This document shows, one piece after another, positions 12,580 to 24,269 of a stretch of 64,000 bases of DNA; the first letter of the stretch is position 1, and every line of letters begins with the position of its first letter. A model generated the notes under the pieces. It had not been told where the DNA came from, did not search any database, and saw nothing but the letters and a program-made list of their open reading frames with translations. A program made the translations under genes and the position numbers. Source of the stretch: Harriotta raleighana. Taxonomy: Eukaryota. The stretch spans positions 62,001 to 126,000 of the forward strand of contig JBNZDD010013549.1 of NCBI GenBank assembly GCA_050575255.1, in the 5' to 3' direction.

Positions 12580-12850
12580 GCTTTCTCTCATATGAATAGA
12601 TTTCCTGTTACCATTCTGCCCAACAGAATTCTTGGAGATTTCCTTTAATGTTTATTCTGCCCTTCCTGCTTGTCCTCCAAATGCTGTCCTTTGGATTGTT
12701 CTAAGTTTGGAACCTTTTCTGCCAACTGGGGAAGAGATGACTAAATATGGACTAATGTTGTTCCATTGCCCCTTTGATCACTGATTGCGGGGGGGAATCC
12801 TCTGAAAATACTTTTCCTGACTCTGCCGCTCGATCGCTTTCCCTTCAAGT
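12580..12850 (-). mobile_element. Decayed CR1 3' remnant
   Basis: TTCTAAGTTTGGAACC..TGCCAACTGGGGAAGAG..CCCTTTGATCACTG resembles the reverse complement of the CR1 ORF2 end / 3'UTR. Confidence 0.35.
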
Positions 12851-12879
12851 ATCACTGAGTACATAGACGTCTCTAATTC

Positions 12880-13235
12880 TGTGCTGCTTTATTGGCTTGT
12901 TTAGACAGGTTTGGTCCGTCTGTTCCAAGCACTTCCAAAGGAATTGTGGCGCTTGTGTTCGCAGGTCATGTTGTGCTGTTGGCAGACTCTCACGGGGATC
13001 TTTGTGCACTGCACTCATGATCTTTCTTGAACATCGGCCATTTATGGGACGCGTTGGTCGGTGGAGCATTAGGGCTCTGGAAGGCTCGTAAGGGGAACCT
13101 TGAGGGTTTTGTTGGGATATGTCCCAATTGGTGATTCGTACCGGTCTCTGGGGAATGTGTTGGACACCAACGTTTGTTTGGACACTGTCCTTTGTGTAAA
13201 GGGGAGAAGAAGGCCATTTGTATTTTTCTCATCTC
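12880..13235 (-). mobile_element. Decayed RTE-clade LINE, C-terminal region
   Basis: RKIQ...NKR, LGHIPTKPSRFPLRAF (~GHVxRxPxxRxPxxAL), RPINGR..SAVHKD (~RPxGRP..WxDxVxxD), ..WK.L, in order. Confidence 0.4.
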
Positions 13236-13689
13236 TCTTCAATGAAAGCAAAGTTCCAATGTAGGTTAAGCTTGAGGCATATAAAATGAGGGTCTATTTC
13301 ATAGTTCTGTGCTATTAGGCGGGCTTTGGTAAAATGTCTGCGGTAAAATCGGGAAGGGAAGGCTCCAGGCCTAGTCTTACCTGTCGCTCAAAACCTTGGC
13401 ACAAGAGTTAGCTTCACAACAGGCATGTCTCTTTGCCAAATTCCTTCACCTGAGGACCTAGATTAACTGGTTGGTGTTGAGAAAATACAATATTGTATTC
13501 CTTTACCCTACCAAGATGTATGAATTGATGCTTTAAGCGACTGTCAGAGGAACCACCAGTATTCATGGCTAAATAAAATGTGTTACTGATGTTTTGAGTT
13601 GTGAGGCATGCATAACCAAACAGAGTTCTTTACTGTAGTGTTTATCTCTGTTGGTATCCTAACATATTCCTGATGTAAAAAGTGTAGAC

Positions 13690-13995
13690 AATAATAATAA
13701 TAATCCTTGCATTTGATATAGCGCTTTTCACGTCTTCTAGATGTCCCAAAGAGCTTCACAGAATATACTGTAAAGTGAATTGACTGTATTTGTGGGCAGA
13801 ATGCGGCAGCCAATTGCACACAGCAGTGTCCCACAAACAGTCATGGGCTGAGTGACCAAATTCTTATTTTTTTGAGTGATTATTATTAGTCGTGCGGAGT
13901 AAGGAAACCAGTCCAAGATTTTGCACTGTCTGCAATCGAACCCAGATCTCTCGCTTCAAGGTGAGTGCTCTAACCACTGAGCTATAGTAGTCCAC
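13690..13995 (-). mobile_element. Full-length tRNA-derived L2-tailed SINE
   Basis: Minus head GTGGACTACTATAGCTCAGTGGTTAGAGCACTCACCTTGAAGCGAGAGATCTGGGTTCGATTGC; conserved body and tail. Confidence 0.92.
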
Positions 13996-14599
13996 AATGC
14001 AGGGGTACAGTATTAAGGAATACAAGCTGATTTAGGTTTCAGATGCCTCTGCATGATTTATTAATCAGCACAGGGAAGCAAACACATAATTTACCGGAAC
14101 ATAATTAGACTCTGTTCAAACTGTTAAAGAGAGCTCCGCACTTCTCCTAGGTTAAGAAAGAGAAATTACTCAAGAGAATTGCCAAACCCCATCCAAACTA
14201 TATTCCATAACCTAAACACAATTTACTTGGGCTAATTTGTTTGGGTATAGAATAGTCGTGGTGTTGGGGGATGGGGTGGGGGGGGTGGGTGCTCTAAGTT
14301 GTCAAGAGAATTATAACAAAGAACAGATGGGATCAGCTTGAAAACTGTATGATTGTCTTTTGTGGGGGTTGTGGAAGTTGGGGGGGGCGGGTGGGGGTTG
14401 GTAGGGGGGACTGCAGGTGGAGAAAATGAAATAATGAAATAGCTTATTTTCATAGTTTCAGTATTATTATTGTGTAGCTATGATTATGCAGGAATCTCTT
14501 CTCAGTAAAGCCTATGTGTCATAGCAGAGCTCCAGCTACCTGGAAGAGGTAGATAGAATGCAATAAGACGACTTGTAGAATAAAATGCTTTGACTCGAT

Positions 14600-14940
14600 G
14601 CAAATCAAGGACTTTACTCAAGGACACGTTGCTCCTGGGAAATCCTTTGCCCGTTTGGCAAGTTCCCCCTCCTCCTGTTCTGTTTCAGGAGGCAGCAGAC
14701 TGAGAAGCCTTGTTTATGGGATGCTTTCTCTGAGCGAAAGATGGAAACTGGAGGGTGAATTGCCCGTGCCTTGCCTTGCCTATACCCTATTGTGACAAGT
14801 CATTGTTTGGGCTCACTTGTGAAGAGGGCCACTAGGGAGAGATACCGCAGGTCATTCGACAACGATGGAACCTTAGAGCAGCATGAGTCAAGGCCGTCAG
14901 GGGAGGAGGGCGAAGTACAAGAAAAGCAGGGATCAATTAC
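14600..14940 (+). mobile_element. Decayed RTE-clade LINE, C-terminal region
   Basis: GHV..SRLRSLVYGML..ER (~GHVxRM..LLYGEL..GxR), then SLVKRATRERYRRSF..GT..HES (~SLAxDRxxWRRxIxxGxxxFE). Confidence 0.4.
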
Positions 14941-16029
14941 CCAAATACTACCATCAAAATAAAGCTCAAATGATTCTCTGGGGCTGCATTGATCTACCGT
15001 AATGTATGATCACAATCAAAAAACTGTTTCTTAGGAATTGTACTTTCAGAAAAAGGAAATCCCAATTGTTATTAGTAGGAGCAGTGTTTTTCTTCACATT
15101 CACACACTAAGTCCATTTTTAAAAATTCATTTGAGCCTTTCGTTCTTAAAAGTATCTTGAGTCACTACTTGAGGCCTTTAACTGTTTTGAGGAAAAGAGT
15201 TAACATGGATCATCTGCTCGGCTACTCGATAAGAAAGAAAACTGAACTCTTGTGTACTCCAACTATTTAGAAACCTATTACTGTATTCATCTTTTCAATG
15301 TTTGAGAGGTGGAAGTAGTAGTTGAGCTTTTAGTTTTAATTATAAGGAATTCCAGATGTAGAATAGTATATAAATTAAAAACAGAAGTACTCATATGTCT
15401 TTTCAAAGTAAGCCAACTTAGAGTCATCTGCTTTTCATTTACTAATGTTATTAAAGCCATTACTAAGAAATTCATAGCCTGAGCCTGTTCCAATAATTGA
15501 CACCATTAAATGTGACTAAACAGATTTAGAGTGTGCGGGAAAGTGAATTTGTTTGAGAGAATGGTTCTAATAATCCATTTGTGTACTCATAAGACAAATA
15601 CATTGAATGTTTGAATGTCCAGGATCAACAATGCAGATGAAGGGCTAAGAAATTCAAGAGCTGCTTTCAGTTTAGTAACCTAAACACTATTCGTATCACA
15701 TATTTGAAGTTCGAACTGATTTGTAGTCCTTGTTTTGGATTGAGCCCAAGATAGATTGTAGTTCTTTATTTACTTGGAACAGTTTCAATGCTCACTCTTA
15801 ATTTAGCTGTGTTTCGTGTAACATTAGAATTTTAATGGTTTTCCTCAAAATGGTTCCAGACTTTTGCTGAACACAAAAGTCATTACATTATCATGCCTAA
15901 ATAATGCAGGTAACTAAATAAGTATTAATGAGTTGTAAAGTTTGGATTGATTGAGTAAAAGCTGGTTATAATCTATAAAATTGGAGTAACGTCTTCCTTA
16001 ATGTAAACCGATCTTATTTCAGAAGCATA

Positions 16030-16560
16030 AATTTGGGGCGTCTACCCTCTGGAGTGTGATTGAAAAGGTGAGAAGTTAATTTGGCAGCTTCACTTCTCTG
16101 GGTTCTTAATGTTTTTCCTCTCACAGCTTTGGCATAATACTGTGATTTCTTTACTCTGCGCTTGCCCTCATACAAGACAAGAGCATGACCCGTAACGAAG
16201 CCTCTCTCCCCAGGGCACATCCTGAACTGCAACAGCTTGGCTCAAGTGTTTCTTATGAACAGCCATCCTGAGCACTTGATCTAAATCATGCCATTTCCTT
16301 CACAGTATGGCATAGTTAACAAGTTAGTGCATCAGCACACTTGCAGATGGCAGTTCAAAAGGTGCACGGAGCCCAGCAAGATAAAGGGCAATGAGTTCCA
16401 TGGCCACTCATTACTTGAATTCAGCTGGGGGCTTAAAGGGGCGTTGGGGAGGAAAAGGGCAGGCAAACTTTGAAATGCATGTCCATGCAAATAAAATTGA
16501 GTTTCAAGAGCTCTGTTATTGAAGTAAAACGCTAACAGCTTGCAGAGTACGGGTCTGGCT
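16030..16560 (-). mobile_element. Decayed RTE-clade LINE, post-RT region
   Basis: AFQSL..LS, LPFILLGS (~LPxLLYGSE), KWHDL-DQVLRMA (~WxDxVxNxEVLxRA), VTGHAL, GRRP, in order. Confidence 0.4.
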
Positions 16561-17940
16561 TGCGGAGTTGGATGCCTCGTCATTTTAAGTAAAAGGAGCA
16601 AAATTGGTGACAATGCACAGCACCCACTCTGCTTAATTTATCTGAAGGCATTGGTAAATAGAATGCAATTTCCTGAGCAGAGGCTGTGAGATCAAACGAG
16701 GTTAGGGAAGCTATCAGCAAATGTAACAATCATCGTGCCTGCATGCCAACAGTTAAGGGCATGGATTTCTGGAGTGTGTGTGTGTGTATGCAATAGACAC
16801 TTACACAAATTGCATTTTATCTGATCAAGCTCAGTGAGAATCCACGATGACACATGCGTTACTTGCCAGGACTCGAAATACTTCAAATTAGAACCAGGTT
16901 TGCTTGAAAGACATTTTGCTCGTCTGTATGGTTTAGTTTCCATGTCCAGGCGTGATATTTAGCTGTGTGAGAGTAAATACATTTGGAAATAGAGTGTGTG
17001 GGCGTGGAGGCGTGGGGGCTGCACTTCTGGCTTCATTTTATATAAACATAAACAAGCTCTTTCTTACAAGAAAGGAAATTCATCAAATTATTCAATCGAC
17101 TTTTTTTTTCAAAACCAGTAACTGCAACTCTGGTTTCCAAAAGCTTTTTGGGGAAAAAAAAATGTAACCACCTGTATTCTGGTATTAAATCTTGCCTTGA
17201 GGGATAGTTTAGATTGTTCAGTAATAAGACTGCTGCAAACTGTCTCAGGTATCAGGGAAGATAATTATACACGTATATAGTTGGGAGAAGCAGTGGCCTC
17301 AGTACCAAACAACAAGATGACATGTATCTCAAGAGACTAAACAAGCCTCCCCGATACTAGGCTTTGTAAATGTATCTCTTTGGGAACGTTCATGGTGGTG
17401 CGTTACCACGAATTTAAGTGCTGAGGTAAAAGTAGGCCCCTCTTAGAGTTCATTTCAACATAGGATATCACTGCAATTGGCTGTTGCCTTTTTTCACATC
17501 TTTTCAATACTGTCCAACCACACAAGACCGTAGCCCAAAGAGATTATGAAAAGCTAAATCAATGAAACCAGGCATTGTTCCATCCGCAGCGAGATCTTTG
17601 AAACTAAATAGAATACATCCTGCCAGTTTGCTCGTCACCATTCGCTTTTGTGTTTACTCCTACAGATCAATCCAGCAAATTCCCTGATGTGCCTGTATGT
17701 TTGTGCAAGGAAAACGTCAATGACTGAGGTAATGATTAAAAAAAAGAATTAATGACGAATCTTACTTCATGTAGAAAACTTGTACATTTGTAAGCAACCC
17801 AGACTACTATAGTATAAGTAGCAGTGACATAAAAAAAGTAATTACTTGTTTTGTTTGACTAATCCAAATGCATTTTGCTTTTCATATGTTTCCTTTCGTT
17901 CTATCCATCACAAAGAAACATTTCATAATAGTTCAACAAC

Positions 17941-17990
17941 ACTCTGATATGAAAGGTGCTCTATAAATGTAATTATGTTGTTTTTGTTGA
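17941..17990 (+). mobile_element. Ultrashort L2 3' tail
   Basis: TGATATGAAAGGTGCTCTATAAATGTAATTATGTTGTTTTTGTTG. Confidence 0.7.
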
Positions 17991-18169
17991 TAAAGGCAAG
18001 ATAACTGTGATCTAATCGCCCTTTCATTAGTGCAATTAAATTAAATGGTCCAACCATCTTGTAGATCATATACAGAATGTTATTTCAATTCCTTTTTTCT
18101 ACGTATTCTAACTGCTTTGGATCACTGAGATGATTTCCATTTTTAACTTCAGAATCTTTGGACAAATTA

Positions 18170-18460
18170 CTGTGTGTAATAATATTGTAAATAATTCTTA
18201 CATTTAATACAGAGCAATTCAGTCAGCAGTATGTCCAATAGCACTTCACAGAATATAATGTAGAGTGTAGTGACTGTATTCTGTGTGCTAATAACAAAAT
18301 TGTAATTGTAAAAGGGTTGGGATGGGGGAGGGCAGAAAGGTAGGGAGGGGATGGGTGAATGCACAGTTGAAGAGAAGAGTTGAAAGGGAGGGTCTTGAGT
18401 TGGGCCTTGAAGGAGACAAGGGAGGAAGCAAGGCAAAGGGATTGTGGAATGGAGAACACG
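18170..18460 (-). mobile_element. SINE tail (18170-18295) abutting an L2 3' fragment (18300-18460)
   Basis: SINE tail motif CACTTCACAGAATATAATGTAGAG; L2 peptide SFKAQLKT on the minus strand. Confidence 0.7.
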
Positions 18461-18532
18461 TTAGTGCATTAGCACACTAAAAATGATACAGTACTTAGAA
18501 TATTGAAGTGGAAGATAGTAGAAATGTAATTT

Positions 18533-18830
18533 TGGCTCATTTGGTAGCACTCTCACATGTGGGATCAGAGAATTATGCATTTGATCTCCACATCAGGCCT
18601 CAGACTCGCTGACTAAGCTGACACTCCAGTGCTGTACTGTTCTTTGGATGAGTTGTTAAGCCAAGATCCCATTTGCTTGTTCAAGTAAACACCCAAAATC
18701 CTATGACATTTTTCAAAAAGAAAAGGGAGTTTTACCCAATGTCCTATCCAACAATCTTCCAGATAGCAATTCCCAGATAGCTCTTTGAGAGGTTTTGACA
18801 CTATAAGTGTTGTATCATATGCAAAAATTA
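18533..18830 (+). mobile_element. Deu-domain tRNA-SINE (SacSINE1/AmnSINE1-like)
   Basis: Head TGGCTCATTTGGTAGCACTCTC, GCTGACACTCCAGTGC, TTGGATGAG..TTAA, GGGAGTT..AATGTCCT. Confidence 0.7.
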
Positions 18831-18889
18831 TTGGGGTGCATCCAGGTAGGTTTACAGATGTTCAGATAGTTAAAGGAATAGCATGATAC

Positions 18890-19140
18890 TTAATATGCCG
18901 TACGGTTAATATCTCGTCTGTGCGAAATTGGCTGATCTCAGCAAGGTTGGCAGATGGATGTTTTATGATTGACTCTCAGAGACCTTGATAAAGGGGAGAA
19001 ACATCATACCCAATTGCTTTCCCTAATAACTGTTCAGAGATTGGAAAAGTAAATGTGTTAAGTGAAGACAGAATAGTTGAATAGTCTGCTGACATCCACA
19101 CAAACGTGGATATTTGGTTGAGGGTCTGGTAGACTATGTC
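18890..19140 (+). mobile_element. AmnSINE2-like remnant
   Basis: TCTGTGCGAAATTGGCTGATCTCAGC core plus the downstream GAATAGTCTGCTGACA motif. Confidence 0.5.
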
Positions 19141-19494
19141 AGACTATTTGGTCATTAAGCATACTCCTCCTACAGACCATGCTAAGATTATCTCACTCTA
19201 TTCTGCTTTACTCACTTTATTAAGTGGGAAAAGTTTTTTATAATTACTTGCTAATCTCTGAATGTAATTAAAAGAAAACTGAAGAATGCTCATCTGATCA
19301 CTCTTCAACCATTGCTCCCCTCTAGAGCCTGAAACCATTATGTTTGATATGGATCTACTACTGTTTGCTCAAAAGATGAAGATTTGACAGACATACAAAT
19401 ATAAGAAGAATGTGTTGAATTGTTTTACTGAGTGGTATTAGTGAGGCGAGATACAGGTAAGCTGTTGTCCACAAGGTGCCCGATACAGATACAG

Positions 19495-19551
19495 GACGTC
19501 CTCCTGACGTGAAACGCGCTCTATAAGTGTAATTTTGTTGTTGTTGTTGTT
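19495..19551 (+). mobile_element. Ultrashort L2 3' tail flanked by GATACAG repeats, inside a CR1 remnant
   Basis: GACGTCCTCCTGACGTGAAACGCGCTCTATAAGTGTAATT(TTG)n; GATACAG at 19488-19494 and 19552-19558. Confidence 0.8.
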
Positions 19552-19694
19552 GATACAGATGGATAGTGCATCTAATGGGATGAAAGAGGGAAAATATAGA
19601 TGAGGAGTTCCCTGGTTGTAATACCTGTTAAAATAAATAATCCTGGCACGTTTTCATATGGTACCTTATCAAGCCTTCAAATCGTTTCAAAGTA

Positions 19695-19922
19695 CAGGCA
19701 GTCCTCAAGTTACGTCAGGGTTAGGTTCCTAAGATGTGGTGTAAGTCGAATTTGTATGTAAGTTGAGTCACCCCCCTATAATGCTTACAGTAACATACAG
19801 TGATTGGTTGTAGTGTCGTAACTTCGAGGCTTTGGATGTAACTCGGACGTAATTTTACTGATATTAAGCGTCGCAACTTCGAATTGTCGTACCTCGGAAC
19901 GTCGTAACTTGAGGACTGCCTG
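19695..19922. mobile_element. Tc1/mariner (Tigger/pogo-type) MITE, 228 bp
   Basis: Perfect 20-bp TIRs CAGGCAGTCCTCAAGTTACG / CGTAACTTGAGGACTGCCTG; TA on both sides (19693-4, 19923-4); no transposase ORF. Confidence 0.93.
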
Positions 19923-20429
19923 TAATTCACAAAATATACTGTAAAGTGAATTGACTATACATTCTGTGGGCAAACATTCTGGACAATGTTAGCACGAATT
20001 CTGGATGAAAGAAATTGAACACCAACATAAATTGGACAATTCTCTTTTTCATTAGTATTTTCAGCTGAGGTGTGAAGCCCTATACAATGATTAGCAGGTC
20101 AGTAGGGTCACTGGACAGCAATAATTAACAAAACCTTCAGTTTCCCCACTCTTCCTATTCTAGAGCAAAGAGACCAATGGAAGTTCCTCCACCAACAATT
20201 CACCTTTAGATCAGTTATCTCAACAACAAAGAAAACTTTAGCACCAATCCGTGACCCAGTGCAGTTAGAGCCATTGAGAAACCCTCAATTTCATGAAGTT
20301 TCTATTAAATTAAAATTATTTCATAGAATTATAGTGCGACATAATATGGTGGAATTATTGATAATGAGATGGTTGGGTTGGGTGATGTTATGATAACTGT
20401 GGGCATAATTGCATCAGGATGACATAAAA

Positions 20430-20740
20430 TCACAGTCCAGTGTGATATGATGAAAGAGCATGCATTGTTGGAAAGACATTCTTTAAATGTAAAGCCATGG
20501 TCCCATTAGCCTGTTTAGGTGCCTGATGAAGATCCAAAGGCACCATTCAAAAGGAGAAGGGAATTTCTCCTGATATCCTGACCACAATCCTCCAGTAAAA
20601 ATTGGTTATTCACTTAGTGACTGTGTGAATATTGGCCGATTCGTCCATCCTGAAAATCTCAAATCACTCAAATGGGTTGAGACATTTTCAATGTGATAAG
20701 TGGCTGTCAAATCCAAAGCTTATTGCAGTATTTTATTGTG
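20430..20740 (+). mobile_element. Deu-domain SINE remnant
   Basis: AAGATCCAAAGGCACCATTCAAAAGGAGAAGGGAATTTCTCCTGATATCCTGACCACAATCC. Confidence 0.6.
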
Positions 20741-21419
20741 AGGAACGAAAGTGGGATGTGGTAACAATTTACATCAAATCGAATGGCGAGAATTTTGCTA
20801 AAAACAGGGTTTATACATGTACATTTTGTGTTCATTTGAACATCTTTATGGGGAGAAAAGAGGGATGTGGTAGCATCTGCAGTACGATATGTCTGACGTA
20901 TTTACAGTATTTTAATGCAGCGAACTGCTTTATGTTTCACTATTAGTGAACAGTGTGGTTAGCTTCACAGTTGCCTCACTGACTGGTTGCATTTTGATAA
21001 GATTCAGACACTTTCTGGTTCACGTCTTTCACTTGACAATTCCTCGGTGTAACATGAAAAGGTTAACTCAGTCAGTAGAAATTGATCAAATAATCAAAGA
21101 TGTATTGCTTGTATTTATCCTCTGTAAACAGCATGCATGCATACACACACAGCCACATAAACACATTTAGGAACTAAGGTTTCGACTCGGACTCACTGGT
21201 CACTGTTTGACGTTACAATTCGCTCCACTTAACTGCTGGAGACAAGCTAACACATCAAAGGCAGTGTCACTTCAGGTTTGTTTTTATCCTGAAGCAGTTC
21301 TGGACTCACACCAGTATGAAACGCATTATCAGAGTCTTATAGTAAAGACTTACAGCAAAGATCTTGTTGTGGGCTTACCAAATGAATCAGAATACCAATG
21401 TGTTAGTGAACCACACAAA

Positions 21420-21630
21420 TCCACACAGACTTGGAAGGTTACCTGGCTTGATCCTCAGTTGTGCATAGTTAGCTGATCTCAGCCAGGGGAACAGTATTGA
21501 GTAGGACACATCCAGAATGATCACTGAAGTGAGTGAGGTTCCCAGAAAGGTGCGAGAGCCTGGGGGAACTGTACCACATTAAGAGTCACCATTTGCAGTA
21601 AAGGAAGAGGAGAAAAACTGGACAAAAAAG
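21420..21630 (+). mobile_element. AmnSINE2-like remnant (internally deleted)
   Basis: GGAAGGTTACCTGGCTTGATCCTCAG..AGTTAGCTGATCTCAGCCAGGG ... GGAACTGTACC..GAGTCA..GGAGAAAAACTGG. Confidence 0.65.
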
Positions 21631-22929
21631 TTTCAGTGAGCAGCTGGATCAAACCTGGACCAATAAACCCTAAAGTTATGCTCGTAGTGTGAATAGGCCT
21701 GTTTGGGTAACTGTGTGAAACATATGTACATCCACGGATATCTGAGTAGCTTGGGAAAAGAAATGAGTTCAGTCTTTTCAGTCAACAAGGTCCTGAAAGC
21801 AGCTGATTGTTATTAGTTTAGTTCCTATGGTCTCCCTGAATGCAGCTCTTTTTGGAATATTCTGACTTTCAAAGTCCGAACACAGCAGGTGTATTCTTCC
21901 TTTTGTTAAAGGGGGCTGTGTTTCCATGAAAGTATAATTACCATTGGCATTGAGGTATGATACAGCCTCCATATTCAATGGTTAATCTACAATTTGTATG
22001 GATTTATTTTGAAGTTAGCCTTTCTTACATTTTGTGCGTACTTACTGGTAAGTGCAGGATATGAATAAAAGCACTGTGCAAGACAGTCGTGTATCTGTGT
22101 TGTTTCTACAAAACCTAACTTGTTATGGAGATGGCCAATATAAGAATTAATTACAGGAAATCCCAACGTTCCAGACAGAACTAAACTTTATTGACTGTAA
22201 AGTTAAAAGGACAGTACTCTTTCTTTGTTGCCTATCTGGGATGCCTCAATAAAAACAAAATGGACATGACATTCGTTCTCACATACATCTCCTTTCTACA
22301 AAATGCGAAGATTTCTTTTCAGCTGAACTGGAGAGGTAATCTCCGCAGTAAAAATGCTGGAGTTAATAACCGCCATCTGTATTTGCGGGCTCATAAAAAG
22401 ATGATGGTTAACCCTACAAAATTTAGACAAATAATTTCTGAAAGAGCTTTGGTAGAATTTATAGACTCTTTTGAACTGTAGCCTGTGCGGAGAATGTAAA
22501 AGCACTGTTATGGAATCCTGCACTATCCATTATTGCAACTAATTCACGTTTCTGTCATCATTGATGAAAGGATAGGTCGATCTTTTAAAACACCAATAAA
22601 AAATGGTCATCTGAAATGACAATAAAAAAAGCAAGGATTCTGTCATGAGAGTTGGCCAATAAAGTGTAACAGTGTTTATTGCAATGTTTAAAGTCTGTGA
22701 TTAAGAACACCAAAAGGCTTGAACTAGAAAGAGCTTTAGCCTGTAATTTCCCAACAGTCCTGCTCTGTAGTTGTTGAAAGATAACTCAGTGGTTCTTTTT
22801 TTTCCATGTCCATCATCAGCTTGTAATTATTGCTATTCTCTGGCTCTGCCAGATGGGCTCTTTAGGAGCAGGCCTGCAGCCTGTCTGAGTGAGCTGTAAT
22901 ATTACACTATACTGAGATCCTTCTGGTCC

Positions 22930-23400
22930 TAGTCAAAGGAACAGCATTGGAACTCTGGTAGACAGGCCTCTCAGTTTCAGACCGCTTTCCCTATTGAATG
23001 GATCCATCACACTGGGATAGTGATACTGTTTCCGAGGACGGGGGGCCGAGATCTGCATCTCATTCTATTCAGGCCGCGAAAGAAAGAAGGGAGGGAAAAG
23101 GAGGACCCAGGGGACGGCACTTGCCATTGATAGCTTAACGTTTCTCCTCATAGCTTTTATTGATTTCCGAAACTCTGATGATCACCAGCGTTTGGCTGGT
23201 CTTCTGAGGGATAAATCTATCATTCCTTCAGCTGGTTAATAGCGCAGATATTATGTCAAAGGTCGAGGTCAAGAAGGTGTTTAGTGCTAAGCTTGGACAT
23301 GGAACCGTGAGGTGAAATAACCCAGAGTTCGTTTTGTTACGGACTTTGGGTGTTTGGTATCCCAGAAGGCTAAGCTGATATATCTATCAGCAGTTAATGA
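22930..23400 (+). mobile_element. Decayed RTE-clade LINE, AP-endonuclease region
   Basis: SFYSGRE..RRTQGTALAID (~FYxSG..RxxGVAIAI), EVKKVFSAKL (~EVKExFYxKL), VTDF (~LGDFN). Confidence 0.45.
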
Positions 23401-24269
23401 GGCAGGGCGTGCAACAGATAGCCACTTTTAACTAGTCCCTGGTTACTTTGATCCATTTCAACTCGGTTGAGTCCTGACAGAAAGCTTTTGTCATTTGCAG
23501 ATTTTGTTTTATTGAGGACCCAGGTGAACGAAAGCCCGTGGTTTTAACAGTGCAATGTGCCACCAAGGTTGAAAAGAGTAGGACAGAAAACAAGTTAAGT
23601 ACTAGTTAGAACCTGCCAAACTAAACCGAAAGATCAGCCCTTTGTACAAGTGTCCACCAAGCAAAGTGCAGGAGCACAAACAGCGTGTTGTTTCGTTTAC
23701 ATCAATTGGCTTTTTTCTGGGTCTCAAACAATAGTACTGTTCACTGACCTTAAGCATAAAAAGATTTAATGTCCTCTGTTAGAATCTACAACACTGCAAA
23801 GATAACATGGTATGGTACCTGGAAACACTTGCATTTAGCTAGCCTTGAGCTTTTTTTGTAACAGGGCATTGAGCAAAACATTTCCTGTATAAAGTTCAGA
23901 GCCAGCAACGCTGAGAATTGTTGCATGTAAATCGCAAAGCAACAATTTTTTTATAGGAAGAAAGCGACTGAGACAAAAGAGAGAATTTTATTGTTTAAAC
24001 AGTTGCAATTTTGTTGTTGTTCTTGTTTTCTAGTGTCTTCAAATTATGCAAAAACCCTTAAAGTTTGAATGACTCACTGCTGCCAGTGTTAAAATATGTA
24101 ACACAAATCAATTACATTGGCCTGACCTGAGATCAACTAACATCACAATATGGATGAATATTTGTCAAAAAACCAGAGCATGTCATCAATATCAAGTACA
24201 TCAAAATTCTCCTTTCTTTTCTTTCTTTTTGGGGGGTTATTTTCCCTTCAATGGTGATTGAATATTTTG

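Noticed and set aside
12845-13150. Tc1 transposase HTH remnant (RKIMSAVHKDPR..HDL)
   Set aside because: Upstream LGHI..P..AF and RP.GR motifs fit the RTE C-terminus better, and no TIRs were seen; not fully excluded
13915-13995. tRNA genes at SINE heads (also 5045-5116 and 27725-27797)
   Set aside because: A/B boxes are present, but the acceptor stem is not intact and each continues into SINE body
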